A stretch of DNA of 64,000 nucleotides from NCBI GenBank assembly GCA_963774265.1, contig CAVZDU010000003.1, positions 192,001 to 256,000 on the forward strand, read 5' to 3'. The notes below the pieces were generated by a model. The model did no database searches. It worked only from the letters and a program-made list of their open reading frames with translations, and was not told where the DNA came from. This stretch comes from an uncultured Chloroflexia bacterium. Lineage in GTDB: Bacteria > Chloroflexota > Anaerolineae > CG2-30-64-16. Position 1 is the stretch's first letter; the number at the start of each line of letters is the position of its first letter. A program made the translations under genes and the position numbers. Shown here piece by piece: positions 59,552 to 64,000 of this stretch.

Positions 59552-60996
59552 TCAGTTCCAAACCGTTGCCAGGATCTCCTGAACCTTTTGCTTCTTCTCA
59601 GGCGCAAGCGGCTTGGGCCTGTAGCTCCTTGATGATCTTCTTGGTCTTGGCGTTCAGCCGTTGACCCAGCGTGGTGCTGCCCGCGGCCAGCCACTGCGGC
59701 CGGATCTTGCGGTCGAGCAGCTTGGGGAACCAGAAGTCGCGGTAGTGGGCGCGTGTGGCGTCGGTGCCCAGGAAGTTGCCGCCGGGGCCGACCCGATCCA
59801 GCTCTTCCACCAGCAGCGTCTCGTCGTTGACGTCGATCCCCTTCATCAGGTGGTTTGTCATCGCCACCAGCTCGTCGGTCAGCACGATCATCTCGTAGGA
59901 GCCGGTCAGGCCGCTCTCCATGTAGCCCACGTCGTGGATCAGGTTGGCGCCGGTGAGCTTGGCCATCATCACCGACAGCGTGGCCTCGACCGCGGCCTGC
60001 TCGTCCATCACCTTGGCGTCGGAGCAGCCGGCGTAGCCCCAGGTTGGGAGGCCGTACTTGCGGCCCAACTGTGCGACGGCCGCCTTGGTGAGCTGGAACT
60101 CGGGCGAGGCGTAGCAGATCTGCATCGAGCCCATGTCCATGTGGTGCAGGCCCGCGCCGAAGACGAACGGCGCGCCGGGCCGGCGCAGCTGGTGCACGAC
60201 GAGGCTGCTCATGATCTCGGCTACCGACATCACCAGGCCGCCGGCCATCGTGATCGGCGCGGTAGCGCCCATCTGCGGGCCCGGCGAGTGTACGACGGGC
60301 AGCCGGTAGTCGGCCATCAGCAGCAGCTTGTCCATTGCCGTCTCGGATTGCTTCAGCGGCGAGCTGGGCTCGGAGTAGAGCAGGATGTGCTGCTGCTCGG
60401 CCAGGGCCTCGTAACCGCCGGCGACCGCAGCCGCCATGTCGATCGCGCGCTGGCAGCTCGCCTTGTCGTTCGTGACGAAGACGAGCGGCTTGCTGGTATG
60501 CTCCAGCATCAGCGCCATCTGCGCATCGTAGGTGGCGTGCGCCGGCACATCCGACGGGATGCCGATGGACATGACAAAGCTGATATTCGGCAGGGCATCG
60601 CACAGATGATAGCCGTTGATGAGATCGGCCTGGGTGAACGGCCGGTGCTCGCCGGTATCGGGATCGAGGAAGTTCAGACAGTCTGAGCCGGTGCCGAAGT
60701 TGACCTTGGTGCCTTCGAGAAAGACGGCCGGCGCGCCGTCGCGGTCGCACATGATGATCCGGCTGGGCGACGGTGGCGATAGCGTCTTCGACCATCGCAG
60801 CGCTGATCTTGACCAGGTTGCCATCCGAGACAAAGGCTCCGGCGCCGTGCAGCATTTCGATGGCTTCTTCGTGGAAAAATCGGATGCCGGTGCGGCGCAG
60901 CGTCTCCAATGCGGCCAGATGCAAATCCTGCATCTGCGACTCCGACAGGACAGCAAACTGAGGTGAGTTGAACGAGACTGAGTTCGCGGTTTTCAT
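59552..60996 (-). CDS. Trimethylamine methyltransferase MttB superfamily, non-pyrrolysine (frameshifts near both ends)
   Basis: SSPL, MGATAPIT, GAPFVFG, YAGCSDAK, GANLIHDVGYMESG, VGPGGNFL. Confidence 0.88.
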
Positions 60997-61043
60997 GCCT
61001 TGGAGGCTCCTTTGAGTTGAGTCGGAGGCGGATCAGCCAGCCG

Positions 61044-62282
61044 CTAAGGCGCGCAGGCTAATAGAGGGATTTCCATTTCTTCGCGCGTCAGGCCGCCGTG
61101 ATGCCCGGAGAAAATCTGCTCGAACCGACCCTTCTCATACCACCATACCGACTCCCCGCGATAGGGAAGAATGACCAGGTTGCCGGCGCGGCCCAGGAAG
61201 GGCTCGGCGGGGAGTTGGGCGCCGAAGAAACCGGACGCGATCAAGTCCGCGGTGCGATAGACGACTGCCCGGCCTTCCAACCGCCGCGCCAGGAAGTCCT
61301 GGGCCTCGTCGAGCGCTTCGTCCCGCACATACAGGAAGAAGTCGCGCGGCGCGCCTGCAGGAACCAGCGGCCGGCCCAATCGGTCGGCTTTGAAGGTGCG
61401 CTCGATCCCACGGAAGTCCGGATCTCTGTTGAGGTAGATGGTCGTTGCGGGATCGATTTCGACCTCGCCATGGTCGGCGGTGAGCAACACCAGCGTGTCG
61501 CCGCCACCGATCCGCGAGAGGAACAGGCGTTCCAATGTCACCAGGAACGTGTCGATCTCGGCTTCGATCTGGGGTGAGTCCGGCCCGCACAGATGGGCCA
61601 GGGCGTCGATCCTGTCGAAGTAGAGCACAAAGTAGGCCGGACCTTGTGAGCGGAGCAGCGCCGTGCGCAGGTTGACCAGCGCTTCGGGCAGGGTGTGGTA
61701 GCCGGCCGGTGTCGCACCTCGGAATACGTGCTCGGAGTAGGTGGATTGCGTGTATTCCTTGTGTTGGAAGACTGTCGACGTCACCCCACCTTGGGCCAAC
61801 TGTTGATAGAGCGTCCGATTCGGCAGGATGCGAGCCGGGTCGACCCTCGCAGACTTGAGCTGCTCGCGGTCTTTTGTGCCGGCAAATGAATAGAGCAGTG
61901 GGACGATGATCGCATCTACTTCCGGCTCGTAGTACTGCCATTCATAGACGCCGCTTTGACCAACTTCCAGGCCCGTGTGCAGGCAAGTGATGTGTCCAGC
62001 CGTGGCTGATGGAAACTGTGAGGTGAATTTGGTGACGGTGCCGTGATCCCGGAAGCGACGCAATGTGGGGTTGGCATCGGCGAATCGCTCGAAGAAGCGC
62101 CAGCCGAAGCCATCAGCCAGGATGACGACGACCTTCCGATAGGACCGCGGCAGCCCGGCCAGCACTTCCGGCGCAAGCACAATGGGTCCGCGGCCGAGCA
62201 GCCCCGCGATGCTGCCCGGCACGGCAGTGAAGTTGAAGCCATCGTAGGCCGGCTTGACAAACGCGGGATCGAGATGGAACAC
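61044..62282 (-). CDS. Alkaline phosphatase superfamily nucleotide pyrophosphatase/phosphodiesterase
   Basis: ILADGFG, FPSAT, DALAH, TADHG, GHHGG. Confidence 0.85.
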   Translation of the reverse strand: MFHLDPAFVKPAYDGFNFTAVPGSIAGLLGRGPIVLAPEVLAGLPRSYRKVVVILADGFGWRFFERFADANPTLRRFRDHGTVTKFTSQFPSATAGHITCLHTGLEVGQSGVYEWQYYEPEVDAIIVPLLYSFAGTKDREQLKSARVDPARILPNRTLYQQLAQGGVTSTVFQHKEYTQSTYSEHVFRGATPAGYHTLPEALVNLRTALLRSQGPAYFVLYFDRIDALAHLCGPDSPQIEAEIDTFLVTLERLFLSRIGGGDTLVLLTADHGEVEIDPATTIYLNRDPDFRGIERTFKADRLGRPLVPAGAPRDFFLYVRDEALDEAQDFLARRLEGRAVVYRTADLIASGFFGAQLPAEPFLGRAGNLVILPYRGESVWWYEKGRFEQIFSGHHGGLTREEMEIPLLACAP

Positions 62283-62352
62283 GCTGAATGCCCTCCGTTC
62301 GTTGCCAGGCCGGTCCCGCCGCTGGCGTATCCTGGCGCCAGCGCTATTTTGA

Positions 62353-63741
62353 TTATCGCCAGGACAAGACGCGTTCGTCTACTTTGTTGTACTGCAAATT
62401 GATCCCCTTCAGGGTGCTGGCAGTGAAGAGTGGCCGCTGCGAGCTCCCGTCCGCGTTCATGACCCAGATCTCCCACTTGCCCGTGCGATCCGTGACGAAT
62501 GTGATCTGCTTGCCGTCCGGCGACCAGGCCGGCGCGGCATTGTTCCACTGAGAAGCTGCCTGGCCCTTGAGCTGAGCATCAACAGCGATGCTCAGGGGGG
62601 TCTCCGTCAACCGTTTGCGGCCGCTCCCGTCGGCGTTCATGACATGGATTTCAAGATGATCGTGCTGATCGTAGGTCAGCGCGACCTTCGTGCCGTCGGG
62701 TGAGTAGATTGGCGACCGGTCGGAGGTGTCTGTCGTCACAGCCCAATTCGCATCGCGCTTGACATCCATGCTTTGCAGCCCCGTGCGCGCTTTGTAGAGC
62801 ACCTGCCAATCGTTTGTCGGATTCCAGGTGGGTGAGAAGGCATATACATCGCTGGGCAAGTCCCGGGGGGCCCCGTCGTTTACAGTAATGACGCGCAGCG
62901 ACCACTGCGGATTAGCAAGCAGGTTGTAGCATGGCACCAGCGTCTCCTTTGGACCTTCCGGTGTTTGGATGGTCCAGGGACAATCGAACAGGACGACGGG
63001 AGAAGTCGGCGGGTTAAGGAAAACCGGCACGGCCTCGGATTCTACCGTTCCGCCATTCTGCTGGTTCACAACAATCTGCGTGCCATCGGGAGACCACGTG
63101 GGCGATTTCGCCTGGCGTAAATCACCGGAAATCATTCGTTCGCCGCTGCCATCCACGTTGATCACCCACAGGCTGCCCGCAGAACCGGCGCTGCTGCTCG
63201 ACCAGCGTGTGAAAGCTACCATGCGTCCGTCGGGGGACAAAGCCGGATCCATCCCCGTCGTCAGCTTGCGCAAGCCCGACCCATTGCTGCTGATCACATA
63301 GATCCACCCGCCGCTGCTTTCCTGGAAAACGATGGTTTTGCCGCTTACAGGCTTTGTGGCTGTCGTCGCAGTGCGTGCAGGAACCGCGGGAGCTGCAACT
63401 TCCGGCGTCTTGTCCGTAGCCCCGCTGACCTTCACCAGGGCGGTGGAACCGCTCACCCAGCCTGTCTTTCCGTCGGTCAGGGCAATCTGCCACCACCCGC
63501 TTGCACTATGCCGGCCAACGATCGCGATGTCGACGCCCTGCTTGAGTCCGCCGATCACGGGATAGTTGGTCCCCGGTCCCGAGCGCACATTGAGCGCTCG
63601 AGTGAGCACGGTCAGGCCCGGGCCGCCCGTGTCCTGCGCGCCCGTGGACGGGACCAGCAAAACGCCCACCAACAGCACCGCCAACAACACAACCGCAGTG
63701 AAGCGATACGCACCTCGACGGTTCCACGCACTGGCTTTCAT
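62353..63741 (-). CDS. Secreted SH3b + TolB/PD40 beta-propeller protein
   Basis: Signal peptide, LNVRSGPGTNY...GWVS SH3b, repeated P.WSPDG motifs. Confidence 0.85.
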   Translation of the reverse strand: MKASAWNRRGAYRFTAVVLLAVLLVGVLLVPSTGAQDTGGPGLTVLTRALNVRSGPGTNYPVIGGLKQGVDIAIVGRHSASGWWQIALTDGKTGWVSGSTALVKVSGATDKTPEVAAPAVPARTATTATKPVSGKTIVFQESSGGWIYVISSNGSGLRKLTTGMDPALSPDGRMVAFTRWSSSSAGSAGSLWVINVDGSGERMISGDLRQAKSPTWSPDGTQIVVNQQNGGTVESEAVPVFLNPPTSPVVLFDCPWTIQTPEGPKETLVPCYNLLANPQWSLRVITVNDGAPRDLPSDVYAFSPTWNPTNDWQVLYKARTGLQSMDVKRDANWAVTTDTSDRSPIYSPDGTKVALTYDQHDHLEIHVMNADGSGRKRLTETPLSIAVDAQLKGQAASQWNNAAPAWSPDGKQITFVTDRTGKWEIWVMNADGSSQRPLFTASTLKGINLQYNKVDERVLSWR

Positions 63742-63834
63742 TTTCTAGCTCCTCCCGGCACGCAGCCGCATAAGTCAGGATCATTGTACCACAACGAACA
63801 TCACAGCTGTGTAGCGAACTAAGCGATTTTTTGC

Positions 63835-64000
63835 TCAAACCCTTCGTCCGGCCAACGCCATGAAGACATCTTCCAGGGTCGGGTCTGCCGGCTCGACCTG
63901 CGCGCTAAACCCCATCCCCTCGAGCGTCGACTGCAAAGAATCCGCCGTGTGCTGGCCGGCCAGCGTGATGGCATGCAGGTGATCTCCGCGCAAGCCCACC
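63835..64000 (-). CDS. 3' end of a probable ABC transporter ATP-binding protein (partial)
   Basis: Minus-strand ...VEPADPTLEDVFMALAGRRV*, the typical ABC-2 ATPase C-terminal motif. Confidence 0.65.
   Translation of the reverse strand, partial: VGLRGDHLHAITLAGQHTADSLQSTLEGMGFSAQVEPADPTLEDVFMALAGRRV

Noticed and set aside
59552-60996. Pyrrolysine recoding in mttB
   Set aside because: There is no in-frame TAG; the equivalent position encodes Cys.

Overview
GC-rich bacterial chromosomal segment, most likely Chloroflexota/Anaerolineae (inferred from gene content, not proven). Left arm: pyrG-yebC-ruvC-ruvA-trmH, dinG, a FabH-like enzyme, glgX, a PrsW-like protease and a DUF1998 (MrfA/YprA-type) helicase. 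Next are two paralogous AspT/YidE transporters bracketing a LysM protein and a Tat-exported multicopper oxidase, then a nurA-HAS-SDR-M32-herA-mre11 operon with a LexA-like box. The centre holds a ~11.7 kb redox locus: a DRTGG/CBS-kinase/PHP/HATPase regulatory cassette, NuoE, a 2Fe-2S ferredoxin, a ferritin-like protein, a NuoF/HydB subunit fused to a GltD-like flavin module, a selenocysteine formate dehydrogenase and a formate channel. After it comes a three-subunit xanthine-oxidase-family molybdoenzyme whose FAD subunit has a whole GltD-like module inserted into it. Right arm: a decayed accessory patch, citrate synthase, an Ntn acylase, a non-Pyl MttB, a phosphodiesterase and an SH3/TolB protein. 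Several families of small palindromic repeats occur, including polarised REP half-site arrays and in-frame insertions in two helicases. Many conserved genes carry clustered single-base indels, most likely sequencing or polishing errors, so their boundaries are reconstructed across frames. No rRNA, tRNA, CRISPR array or intact transposase was seen.
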